Source: Malacoraja senta
Taxonomy: Eukaryota
Direction of reading: 5' to 3'
Assembly (NCBI GenBank): GCA_038087875.1
Contig: CM075988.1
Location: forward strand, 23,810,001 to 23,874,000
Length of the DNA stretch: 64,000 bases
The stretch's first letter is position 1. Each line of letters starts with the position of its first letter. The notes beneath the pieces were generated by a model, which was given only the letters and a program-made list of their open reading frames with translations, was not told where the DNA came from and searched no databases. Below, piece after piece: positions 36,821 to 48,560 of the stretch. The position numbers were made by a program, and so were the translations under genes.

Positions 36821-38413
36821 CTTGTGAACTCACCTCCATCTTGTGGGTGTAGTTAGGGAAAAGGGCTGAGTGTTGCACAGTTCAGTACTCTATGTGGATC
36901 CTAAAGAAAAGGAGTCAGTCTTTACTCACATCCAACTATGTATCTATAGTTGGATGATCAGCCATGATCATATTGAATGGCGGTGCAGGCTCGAAGGGCC
37001 GAATGGCCTACTCCTGCACCTATTTTCTATGTATCTATGTATACAGCAAGACGAGGAGGCACGGTGGCGCAGCGGTAGAGTTGCTGCCTTACAGCGCCAG
37101 AGACCCGGGTTCAATCCTGACTATGTGTGTTGTGGAAGGAAACCGGAGCTCCCGGAGAAAACCCACGCAGGTCACGGGGAGAACGTACAAACATACCGTA
37201 CAGACAGCACCCGTAGTAGTCAGGATCGAAGCCGGGTCTCTGGCGCTGTGAGGCAGCAACTCTACCGCTGCAACACCGTGCCACCCAGATTGGTTGAGGT
37301 AACGTCAATGTAATAGCACCTCATATTCCGCTTGGGCAGTCTGCACCCTAGCGGCATAAACATTGAATTCTCCAGTTTCCGGTAGCCCTTGCTGTCTCCT
37401 CCCCTTCTCAGCTCTCCCTCAGCCCTCGGGCTCCTCCTCTTCCTTTTTCTTTTCTTCTCCCCGCTGGCCTTTCGAGCCAGCACCGCCATTCAATATGATC
37501 ACGGCTGATCATCCAAAATCAGCAGGCAGGTAAAAGTGCTGGAGAAACTCAGCGGGTGCAGCAGTATCTATGGAGCGAAGGAAATAGGCAACGTTTCGGG
37601 ACGAAACCCTTTGGGTTTCGGCCCGAAACGTTGCCTATTTCCTATTTCCTATTTCCTTCGCTCCATAGATGCTGCTGCACCCGCTGCGTTTCTCCAGCAC
37701 TTTTGTCCACCTTGGTTGAGGTAATGTTTCTTTGGGCTCTGGGGGGGATGGGGTGCGGTGGTTCACTCAGAGAATGATTATCAGCCAGAAGCTTCAGCTG
37801 CATCTGTGCAGTGATCAATGATTAGAAGCGCTCCGTGTGGATAAGCCCCAGTCACTCATAACTATTCTGCTCACCTTCCAAGCTGGTTAATATTCAGCAC
37901 CCAACCTGCTCAGGCTCCCAAACAATCTCTGCACCGCACAGAGCAATCAGAAGGATAATTGATTTTTTTTTTTTTTTTAAAGTCCTGACATATTCCCACA
38001 CCAGACTGATCCTGGGCTCTGCGTGGCGGCAGCTGATGGGAATGCGTTCTGCTCCGCTAGATTGAGGATGTGCATTTAAAGAGGATGACAAGGGGGGCAT
38101 TGCCAAAGATGGTGTGAGCCAAGGATCTGGTGTTAACACGGAGGTTGCCCAAACGGCCCATTTGTCCCCCACTGCCTTGCGAAGCTCAATGTGGCATCTC
38201 GAACAAATGCATCTCTCATCTCAAGATGTGGTATTTTGTTGGTTCACATGCTTGATCAATGGTGTTTTATCATTAATGTTTTATTATTATTAATGTTTAG
38301 TGTTTTCTGAGTCATTCGTAACTGTCACTGTATGTCATGTTGTTACTTGTGGGCGGAGCACCAAGGCAAATTCCTTGTATGTGAATACTTGGCCAATAAA
38401 CGTACTTACTTAC

Positions 38414-38712
38414 GGATGGTCAAGATTATAAATGATCTCCTTCTATTTTCTTTTCTTCTCTTCTCTTCTTTTATTCTCTTTCTTCTATTTTCTATGTCTC
38501 AACTTTCTTTTTTCATTCTTTATTTTTCTTTTTCACACACTATATATCTCACATTTTTCTATTTTTCATTACCTAACTTTTTTCTTTTTCTTCTTTATTT
38601 CAAAAAAAAATTTAAATAAGAAGCTGTACATAAAAGGTATTATGAAAATATGATTGTATACAATTGTACTTACTTCTAATAAAATTAAAATATTAAAAAA
38701 AAACAAAAAAAA
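38414..38712 (+). mobile_element. Poly(A)-tailed retroposon 3' end (L1/Tx1-like) inserted in another LINE's (ACTT)n tail
   Basis: T-rich body, AATAAA, A-tail; duplication of CGTACTTACTTAC at 38401-38413 and 38713-38725. Confidence 0.65.
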
Positions 38713-40549
38713 CGTACTTACTTACTTACTTAAGATGTGTCCTCCAAAGTTGGTTTAACCAGCAGTTATCGACACTTGCTCTGCAGCCCATATGTTTCAT
38801 CAAAGTGGAAGGGGTGTGGCGTGGGAAAGGGGTGTGAGTGATGGAGGTGAGGGACAAGGGGACAAGTGAAAGATTCACTTTGTAAGGTTACTGTAGATAT
38901 CTGCACGTGTGAGATCTGCAGAGGTGAGGTGGAGCGGAGGATTCTTGGGGAAGTCCAGATGGGGGGATTCTAGAGGAAAGAGGATGGGACGAGGGGTTCA
39001 AGGGGAGAGGTTGGGTACGATGTAGTGGAGACATGCCGAGAAAACAAGAGATATAGCAGAGGGGTAAGAGAAGGGTTCGTTCATAAGTTGTAGAAGCAGA
39101 ATTAGGCCATTCGGCCCATCAAATAGACAATAGAGACAATAGACAATAGGTGCAGGAGTAGGCCATTCGGCCCTTTGAGCCAGCACCGCCATTCAATGTG
39201 ATAATGGCTGATCATCCCCAATCAGTACCCCGTTCCTGCCTTCCCCCCATATCCCCTGACTCCGCTATTTTTAAGAGCCCTATCTAGCTCTCTCTTGAAA
39301 GCATCCAGAGAACCTGCCTCCACCGCCCTCTGAGGCAGAGAATTCCACAGACTCACCACTCTCTGTGAGAAAAAGTGTTTCCTCATCTCCGTTCTAAATG
39401 GCTTACTCCTTATTCTTAAACTATGGCCCCTGGTTCTGGACTCCCCCAACATCGGGAACACGTTTCCTGCCTCTAGCATGTCCAAGCCCTTAACAATCTT
39501 ATATGTTTCAATGAGATACCCTCTCATCCTTCTAAACTCCAGAGTGTACAAGCCCAGCTGCTCCATTCTCTGACTCCACCATTCAATCGTGGCTGATCTA
39601 TCTCTCCCTCTCAACCCCATTCTCCTGCCTTCTCCTCATAACCCCTGACACCCCGTACTAGTCCAGCTTTCATCTGGAGAGACGGGGAGGTCTACTAGCA
39701 CGGGATACGGATTGGTGGTATTTACTTCCACAGATAGCGAGGAGAAGCAGAGACTGCCGTCTTTAGAACAAAGAAGCGAAGGTAATTTTTAACGGAATCA
39801 TTTACGATGAGGAGGAATTTTGGCAAATGGGGAGACGTGGCAATAACTGGGAAGCATGGGTCATTAGAAGAGAAGTGTTTATGTTCATTCAGTAAGTTGT
39901 TTTGATTTTGAACCTGATGCCTGAACGCAGTTTCATTGGTAAACTTCAAAGGAACTCTTTAAATACACAAATAATAAGAAATAATAAGAATCCTGGCAAA
40001 AACAAACTGCTGGAGGAACTCAGCAAATCAGGCAGAATCTGTGGAGGGAATTGCATTTCTCCCCATAGATGCTGCCTGACCCATTGAGTTCACCCAGCTG
40101 TTTGGTTTTTTTGCCCCAGATTCAGATTTTGCCCCAGATTCTCGTGTTTCTAAAAGAACCATCCAGTTGATGGGAAATTAGTTGACGTGTGGGACTGACG
40201 CAGCAGATCTTTTAAACCTAGCCCACAATGGACCAAATGGCCTCATTCTGTGATGTCTGACATTGGAGATGCATGTTGAATTAGGCAGAATTAGGGCAGC
40301 ACGGTGGCGCAGGGGTAGAGTTGCTGCCTCACAGCGCCAGAGTCCCGGGTACAATCCTGACCCCGGGTGCTGTCTGTGTGGAGTTTGTACGTCCTCCCCG
40401 CGTGCTCTGGTTTCCTCCCACATCCCGAAGGCGTACAGGTTTGTAGGTTGATTGGCTTCCGTAAATCTGGAGAGGTGGGTGATCAGGAGACAACCAGCTT
40501 CCCAACTTGGAAACATGAAAGACGTTGTCAAATGATGTCTGGGACAGAG

Positions 40550-40935
40550 CGAGCCTGTGAACTCTAAGCTCTTCCTGTGGAGCTGCAATGCATTACAAAG
40601 TAAATAAATCGTAATAAAAATCGTACTTACTAAATAGTAAATGCTTTGAAAGTTCAAAGTTTCGGTGAATTAATTTGAGGGAGGATTTGACTGGTGCTGC
40701 CAGGATTGGAGCCATTGGCAGGAGAAATGATTAAAGTGCATGGCTGGGATCACAAACCTTCAAAACTTAGCACTTCCTTTGAAATCTTTGATGTTAATTA
40801 TTGGTTAGCTAATAATTAAAGGCGGTTTATCCTTGTGATGGTGCCACTTTGCCAAATGTAAGAGCAAGTATTCCAGCTCGTCTCGGGCTATCCAGAGGAA
40901 TGGGAATTAAAACTCAAAATACAATTCAACTCTGA
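40550..40935. promoter_or_regulatory. Candidate enhancer with clustered TCF/LEF and homeodomain motifs
   Basis: CTTTGAA (40644), TTCAAAG (40653), CCTTTGAA (40776), CTTTGATGT (40786), plus TAATTA/TAATAAA motifs in a repeat-free island. Confidence 0.45.
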
Positions 40936-40976
40936 CTTTCTCTACTGAAGAAGCTTTGAAGAAGGGTCCCGACCAG

Positions 40977-41494
40977 AAACGTCACCTATCCATGTTCTCC
41001 ACAGATGCTGCCTGACCCGCTGAGTTACTCCAGCACTCTGTGAAACGTCACCTATCCATGTTCTCCACAGGTGCTGCCTGACCCGCTGAGTTACTCCAGC
41101 ACTCTGTGAAACGTCACCTATCCATGTTCTCCACAGATGCTGCCTGACCCGCTGAGTTACTCCAGCACTCTGTGAAACGTCACCTATCCATGTTCTCCAC
41201 AGATGCTGCCTGACCCGCTGAGTTACTCCAGCACGCTGTGAAACGTCACCTATCCATGTTCCGGCAGCATCTATGGAGCGAAGGAAATAGGCAACGTTTC
41301 GGCCCGAAACCCTTCCGGGTTTCGGCCCGAAACGTTGCCTATTTCCTTCAGGGTTTCGGCCCGAAAGGTTGCCCATTTCCTTCGCTCCACAGATGCTGCC
41401 TGACCCGCTGAGTTACTCCAGCACTCTGTGAAACGTCACCTATCCATGTTCTCCACAGATGCTGCCTGACCCGCTGAGTTACTCCAGCACTCTG
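40977..41494 (+). repeat. Tandem array of a 66-bp PLE pLTR subunit, interrupted by a foldback pLTR element
   Basis: Unit GAAACGTCACCTATCCATGTTCTCCACAGATGCTGCCTGACCCGCTGAGTTACTCCAGCACTCTGT in about 5 full and 2 partial near-identical copies. Confidence 0.9.
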
Positions 41495-41578
41495 TATCTA
41501 CCTGTGACCTTCTCTTCTCTGGTAATCGTGGTACTCCATCTCATTCACTATCCTTCCCAATCTCCTCTACACCCTCTC

Positions 41579-41646
41579 AGGGCATTACAGGGCATTACAG
41601 GGCATTACAGGGCATTACAGGGCATTACAGGGCATTACAGGGCATT
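41579..41646. repeat. Decamer tandem repeat (GGGCATTACA)n
   Basis: Six perfect copies plus a partial. Confidence 0.95.
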
Positions 41647-44270
41647 TCCTATGGCTGGGCAACCAGAACTGTATGCAGTTTTCTAGCTGTGACCTAACCA
41701 ACCCTTTATCTTAACCCCTTTGCTGGAATATTCTATGCCCAGGTTAAGTACTATGTTCTTCACCAACTTCTCTACTGGTGCTGCCACCTTCAGGACTCCT
41801 TGCATTTACACATTAAGGTCCCTCTGTTCCTCAGTATTGCCCGGGCCAGCCATTCATCTCTATCCTTACTCATCCTCCTAAAGTACATGGATAGGGCAGG
41901 TTTGCAGGGATATGGACCAAGCGCGGGCAGGTGGGACTAGTATAGCTGGGACATGTTGGCCGGTGTGGGCAAGTTGGGCCGAAGGGCCTGTTTCCACCCT
42001 GTATCACTCAATGACTATAACCGTCCACTTATCAGGCTTAAAGACTATCTGACTCACTCGGTCACCAAAACTACCATGTATGGAGCTGCAGAGTTGTGTT
42101 ATTCCTGTTCATATCCTGAGCTAATCACAAAGGAACACTCATAATTCATAATTCTTGCCAACTGATCAATATCACCATCAACGCCACCAAATTTCATGTC
42201 ATCTATAACTTACTAATCATGTCCTATATTCATATCCATGATGTTCATTTTAGTTTATTTTATTTTTGAGATACAGCGCGGAAACAGGCACTTCAGCCCC
42301 CCGAGTCCACACCGACCAGCGATCCCCGCACATTAACACTATCCTGCACACACTAGGGACAATTTACACTTACACCAAGCCAATTAACCTACAAAGCTGT
42401 GTGTCTTTGGAGCGTGGGAGGAAACTGAAGATCTCGGAGAAAACCCACGCGGTCACGGGAAGAATATACAAACTCCGTACAGACAGAACCCGTAGTCGGG
42501 ATCGAACCCGGGTCTCGGGCGATGTAAGCTCTGCAAGGCAGCAACTCTACCGCTGCCCCCACCGTGCCGCCCGTTAATGTATCTCACAGACCAGAAGGCA
42601 CCCAGCACCAATCACGGTGGAATACCACTGGTCACAAACCAACCCTCAACCTTTCCTGAGCCATCGATTCAGGCTCGGCTTTATTCCGAACCTTTCCATA
42701 CCTATAGTTTCCCCCTCTCTGATTCTCAGTCTGATGAAGGGTATCGACCCGAAACGTTGCTTATTTCCTTCGCTCCATAGATGCTGCTGCACCCGCTGAG
42801 TTTCTCCAGCACTTTTGTCTACCTTCGATTTTCTAGCATCTGCAGTTCCTTCTTAAATCCAAAATCAGCACCCTTTCTCCCCTTATCCCTTGATTCCCTA
42901 TATTGCAATATATTTTTAAGTAAGGACTCGAAAAGAAAGTGGTGCACTTTCTTCATGGCGCAGCGGTAGAGTTGCTGCCTTACAGCGCCAGAGACTGGGT
43001 TCGATCCTGACTACGGGTGCTGTCTGTACGGAGTTTGTGCCTTCTCCCTGTGACCGCGTGGGTTTTATCCGGGTGCTCCGGTTTCCATCCGCACTCTGTG
43101 GGTTAATTGGCTTTGGTAAAATTATAAATTGTCCCTAGTGTGTAGGATAATGCTGGCGCTAGATAATCAGGTTTGCAGCAGAGTAATGGAAAGCCATCAG
43201 GACAACAATGAAACAGTCAAGTCTGTAACTCACAAGAGCAGGAACAAAATCTTCAGCAGATATTGGGTTGAGACTGGAGTGGAGAGGTCAACTGTTTAAT
43301 GATTTGAGAGACCTGCAGATACTATGGCAACGTTTCAGAAGCATTTAGACAGGTAAGTCTAAATGAGGAAAAACTTTTTCACCCAGAGAGACGATAGACA
43401 ATAGACAATAGACAATAGGTGCAGGAGTAGGCCATTTGGCCCTTCGAGCCAGCACCGCCATTCAATGTGATCATGGCTGATCATCCCCAATCAGTACCCC
43501 GTTCCTGCCTTCTCCCCATATCCCCTGACTCCGCTATTTTTAAGAGCCCTATCTAGCTCTCTCTTGAAAGCATCCCAGAGAACCTGCCTCCACCGCCCTC
43601 TGAGGCAGAGAATTCCACAGACTCACCACTCTCTGTGATAAAAAGTGTTTCCTCGTCTCCGTTCTAAATGGCTTACTCCTTATTCTTAAGCTGTGTTTAA
43701 GTTAAACTGAGAGTTGTGAATCTGTGGAATTCTCTGCCACAGAAGGCAGTGGAGGCTAATTCACTGGGTGTTTTCAAGAGAGAGTTGGATATAGCTCTTA
43801 GGGCTAACAGAATCAAGGGCTATGGGGAGATAGCAGGAACAGGGTACTGAAGGTAGACACAAATGCTGGAGTTACTCAGCGGGTGAGGCGGTATCTGTGG
43901 AGAGAAGGAATGGGCGACGTTTCGGGTCGAGGCCCTTCTTCAGACCTTTTTACACAACAGGGTTCTGATTCTGGATGATGAGCCATGATCATATTGAATG
44001 GCGGTGTTGGTTCGAAGGGCCAAATGGCCTGCTCCTGCACCTAGTTTCTATGTTTATAAGTCAAGAGTGTTATGTTGTCATAGACAGATAGAACAATTAA
44101 ATTCTTACTTGGATACATGGATAGGGCAGGTTTAGCAGGATATGGGCCAAACGCAGGCAGGTGGGACTGGCTGTTTCCATGCTGTATGACTCTGTGACTC
44201 ATTGGGTCTGAACCTCAGAACAATGTCAACACGACTTTGAAATATTTCAGATCAGACCATTTCAAAGCAG

Positions 44271-45175
44271 AACATAGAAACATAGAATATAGATGCAGGA
44301 GGCCATTCGGCCCTTCGAGCCAGCACCGCCATTCATTGTGATCATGGCTGATCGTCCCCAATCAATAACCCGTGCCTGCCTTCTCCCCATATCCCTTGAT
44401 TCCACTAGCCCCTAGAGCTCTATCTAACTCTCTCTTAAATCCATCCATTAATTTGGCCTCCACTGCCCTCTGTGGCAGGGAATTCCATAAATTCACAACT
44501 CTCTGGGTGAAAAAGTTTTTTCTCACCTCGGTCTTAAATGGCCTCCCCTTTATTCTAAGGCTGTGGCCCCTGGTTCTAGACTCGCCCGACATTGGGAACA
44601 TTTTTCCTGCATCTAGCTTGTCCAGTCCTTTTATAATTTTATAAGTTTCTATAAGATACCCCTCATCCTTCTAAATTCCAGTGAATACAAGCCTAGTCTT
44701 TTCAATCTTTCCTCACATGACAGTCCCGCCATCCCAGGGATCAATCTTGTGAACCTACGTTGCACTGCCTCAATCACAAGGATGTCCTTCCTCAAATTAG
44801 GAGACCAACACTGTACGCAATACTCCAAATGTGGTCTCACCAGAGCCCTATACAACTGCAGAAGAACCTCTCTACTCCTAAACTGAAATCCTCTTGTTAT
44901 GAAGGCCAACATTCCATTAGCTTTCTTCACTGCCTGCTGTACCTGCACACCAACTTTCAGTGACCGGTGTACAAGTCACTGCACCTCCCCCTTACCTAAC
45001 CTAACCCCATTGAGATAATAATCTGCCCCCTTGTTTTGCCACCAAAGTGGATAACCTCACATTTATCTATATTATACTGCATCTGCCACGCATCTGCCCA
45101 CACACTCAACCTGTCCAGGTCACCCTGCAACCTCCTAACATCCTCTTCACAGTTCATACTGCCACCAAGTTTTGT
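44271..45175 (-). mobile_element. CR1/HER1-type LINE 3' fragment, (TTTCTATG)n-tail subfamily
   Basis: ORF2 C-terminal peptides LQGDLDRL..WADAWQMQYN..KCEVIHFG and VRPHLEYCVQ.WSP, with frameshifts; microsatellite tail. Confidence 0.92.
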
Positions 45176-45919
45176 GTCACGCTGCTGCAGACTTGTTGGG
45201 GTTTTTTGCAATGGGCTAACTGTTTAGGTCTTCCCAATCTTTACTTTAAAAAATAAATTCTCATCAGCCGCAGTTCCAGGGGGAAAAAATACCGAAGATT
45301 TGGGACGGAGGTGGATGGGGGAGTGAGGTGTGGGAATTCCACAAATTCACAACTCTCTGAACGGAACCGTGGGACCTGCCAGGGTGGAAGACATGAGTAA
45401 TTAACTGGCTGAAGTGACATCTATGCATGACAAAAGGTGCTAATGAGACATGCACAGGGACAATAGATAGGTCCAGAGGAGGTGCAAATGGCTACATTTG
45501 TTCCTGACGGGAAACGGGAGAGGTTGTTAAGATGGTACATCTCTGCAGTTCCTTCCTGCACGTTAAGATGGTACCATTGCGTTGGGTTGGGTTTTGAGGT
45601 CCTTTGGAGCCTTTGCGACGCCGAGAAGGAGATGTGATTTTGCACCTCGGCTAGTTTCCAGTAGGGGTCAGTGGCTAATAACCAGGAGGTGAAAACCCCA
45701 GCAGACACCTCCCCCCCAACCAACCCACCCCCGCATAGAGGTCTACTATGAAGCTCCAACATCTCAACCTACATGGCACCAGAGCAGAGAAATATCTGGA
45801 TGGAGAGAGATGCGTGACAGGAGATTTCACGCAGACACTCATTTATAACAAAGGGGGGGCGAACTAAGCAGTTAGCAAAGAGTCAACCTTGGGTAAAAGC
45901 TCTTAAACTTGGCCGAGGG

Positions 45920-45920
<1 letters not shown>

Positions 45921-45972
<52 letters not shown>

Positions 45973-46081
45973 TCTGTGTGTGTGTGTCTGTCTGTGTGTG
46001 TGTGTGTGTGTGTCTGTGTGTGTCGTGTGTGTGTGTGTGTGTGTGTGTCTGTGTGTGTGTGTCTGTGTGTGTGTGTGTGTG

Positions 46082-46162
<81 letters not shown>

Positions 46163-46505
46163 TGTGTGTGTCTGTGTCTGTGTGTGTGTGTGTGTGTCTG
46201 TGCGTGTGTGTGTGTGTGTCTGTGTGTGTGTGTCTGTGTGTGTCTGTGTGTTTGTGTGTCTGTGTGTGTGTGTGTGTGTGACTGTGTGTGTGTGTGTGTG
46301 TGTCTGTGTGTGACTGTGTGTGTGTGTGTGTGACTGTGTGTGTGTGTGTGACTTGTGTGTGTGTGTGTGACTGTGTGTGTGTGTGTATGTGTGTGTGTAT
46401 GTGTGTGTGTGTGTGACTGTGTCTCTGTGTGTGTGTGTGTGTGTGTGTGTGTCTGTGTGTGTGTGACTGTGTGTGTGTGTCTGTGTGTGTCTGTCTGTGT
46501 GTGTG
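45921..46505. repeat. Long imperfect (TG)n microsatellite
   Basis: ~580 bp of TG with TC/AC interruptions. Confidence 0.97.
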
Positions 46506-46539
46506 GTTGCTTTCAATTCCCATATCTTTTTTTATTAAT

Positions 46540-46581
46540 AAATAAATCTCCCTGACAAGGAGCGACTGAGAAACTTAGTAG

Positions 46582-46613
<32 letters not shown>

Positions 46614-46877
46614 ATCCCTCTAAGCCCCAGCCGCCTGCTGCCCGAACAAGCCCCTCTGCTCAATATTCCCACCCCTCTCCTTTTCTGCCCGGCTTTTCTG
46701 CGAGGGATCCTCGTTTATTGTGTCACGGAGCGAGCATTTGGAGCCAGTCTGCTCCGTTTTTTTTCCCTTCTTTCCAAATGTTCGGCTTCACGTTAAGAGT
46801 CCTCGCCTCTCAGCCACAACCCTCCCTCCCTTTGCTCTCAGCTCCAAAGCTGCTGCTGCTCCAGCGAGCATGTATGT
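46540..46877 (+). promoter_or_regulatory. Promoter/first-exon-like unique island (possibly 5' end of the neighbouring gene)
   Basis: CpG-retaining, CT-rich unique sequence ending in a donor-like CAT|GTATGT (46872-46877); no coding homology recognised. Confidence 0.3.
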
Positions 46878-47761
46878 AACACGGGCTGTCAGGGGTTTAG
46901 GGGGAGTAGGCAGGAGAATGGGGTTAGGAGGGAGAGATACATCAGCCGCGATTGAATGGCGGAGTCAGATTTGATGGGCCGAATGGCCGAATTCTGCTTC
47001 TACAACTTATGAACTAAGGATTTAAGAGAGAGTTAGATAGAGCTCTAGGGGCTAGTGGAGACAAGGGATATGGGGAGAAGGCAGGCACGGGTTATTGATT
47101 GGGGACGATCAGCCATGATCACAATGAATGATGGGCCGAATGGCCTCCTGCACCTATTTTCTATGTTTCTATGTAACCCTTCTCTTACCCCTCTGAACAT
47201 TAATAGCCTATTACCTGTTTATTTGCACGTTATCAGTTTATTTATTCATGTGTGTATATATATATATAATGGTATATGGACACACTGATCTGTTTTGTAG
47301 TCAATGCCTACTATGTTCTGTTGTTGCTGAAGCAAAGCAAGAATTTCATTGTCCTATCAGGGACACATGACAATAAACTCTCTTGAATCTTGCTATATCT
47401 CTTGTTTTCTCGGCATGCCTCCACTACACCGTTCCCAACCTCGCTCCTTAAACCCCTCGTCCCACCCTCTTTCCTCCAGTATCCCCCATTTGGACTTCCC
47501 CAAGAATCCTCCATTCTACCTCTTCTCTGCAGATCTCACACCTGCAAACCTCTACAGTAATCTTACAAAGTGATTTTTCCCTCTCCTCTTATGACCATTA
47601 ACACATCTCCGGCCAGATCTATCCTGGGTTCATCCTCACACTTCCTTGAGTTTGAATTAGTTTAGTTTATTAGTTTAGTTTATTGTCACCTGTACCGAGG
47701 TACGGTGAAAAGCTTTTGTTGCCTGCTAACCAGTCCGCGGAAAGACCGGACATGATTACAA

Positions 47762-48560
47762 TCGAGGTTATCCACTTTGGTAGCAAAAACAGGAAGGCAG
47801 ATGGCGTCAAGTTGGGAATAGGGGAAGTACAACAGGATCTGGGGGTCCTTGTACATCAGTCTATGATAGTAAGCATGCAGGTACAGCAGGCAGTGAAGAA
47901 AGCGAATGGCATGTTGGCCTTCATAACAAGAGGAATCGAATATAGGAGCAAAGAGGTCCTTCTGCAGTTGTACAGAGCCCTAGTGAGACCACACCTGGAC
48001 TATTGTGTGCAGTTTTGGTCCCCTAATTTGAGGAAGGACATTCTTGCTATTGAGGGAGCGCAGCGTAGGTTTACAAGGTTAATTCCCGGGATGGCGGGAC
48101 TGTCATATGCTGAGAGAATGGAGCAGCTGGGCTTGTACACTCTGGAGTTTAGAAGGATGAGAGGGTATCTCATTGAAACATATAAGATTGTTAAGCGTTT
48201 GGACACGCTAGAGGCAGGAAACATGTTCCCGTTGTTGGGGGAGTCCAGAACCAGGGGCCACAGTTTAAGAATAAGGAGTAAGCCATTTAGAACGGAAACG
48301 AGGAAACACTTTTTCTCACAGAGTGGTGAGTCTGTGGAATTCTCTGCCTCAGAGGGCGGTGGAGGCAAAATGGATACTTTCAAGAAAGAGCTAGATAGAG
48401 CTCTTAAAAATAGCGGAGTCAGGGGATATGGGGAGAAGGCAGGAAAGGGGTACTGACTGGGGATGATCAGACATGATCACATTGAATGATGATCAGACAT
48501 GATCACACTGGCTCAAAGGGCTGAATGGCCTACTCCTGCACCTATTGTCTATTGTCTATT
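47762..48560 (+). mobile_element. CR1/HER1-type LINE 3' fragment, (CTATTGT)n-tail subfamily
   Basis: EVIHFG...LYRALVRPHLDYCVQFWSP...TRGHSLRI...; CTATTGT tail. Confidence 0.92.

Noticed and set aside
39734..39781. 48-nt AG...GT-bounded open segment (DSEEKQRLPSLEQRSE)
   Set aside because: Plausible splice signals, but no recognisable homology or partner exons; cannot be supported without RNA data.
40977..41494. Regular direct repeats resembling a CRISPR array
   Set aside because: Contiguous 66-bp units with no unique spacers, derived from the PLE terminal repeat, in eukaryotic DNA.
45872..46555. Long His/Thr- and Cys/Val-rich ORFs (also 32016-32490)
   Set aside because: Translations of (CA)n/(TG)n microsatellites.
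47683..48456. 257-aa ORF and similar 80-180 aa ORFs ending GEKAGTGY
   Set aside because: CR1 ORF2 C-terminal fragments, not host genes.
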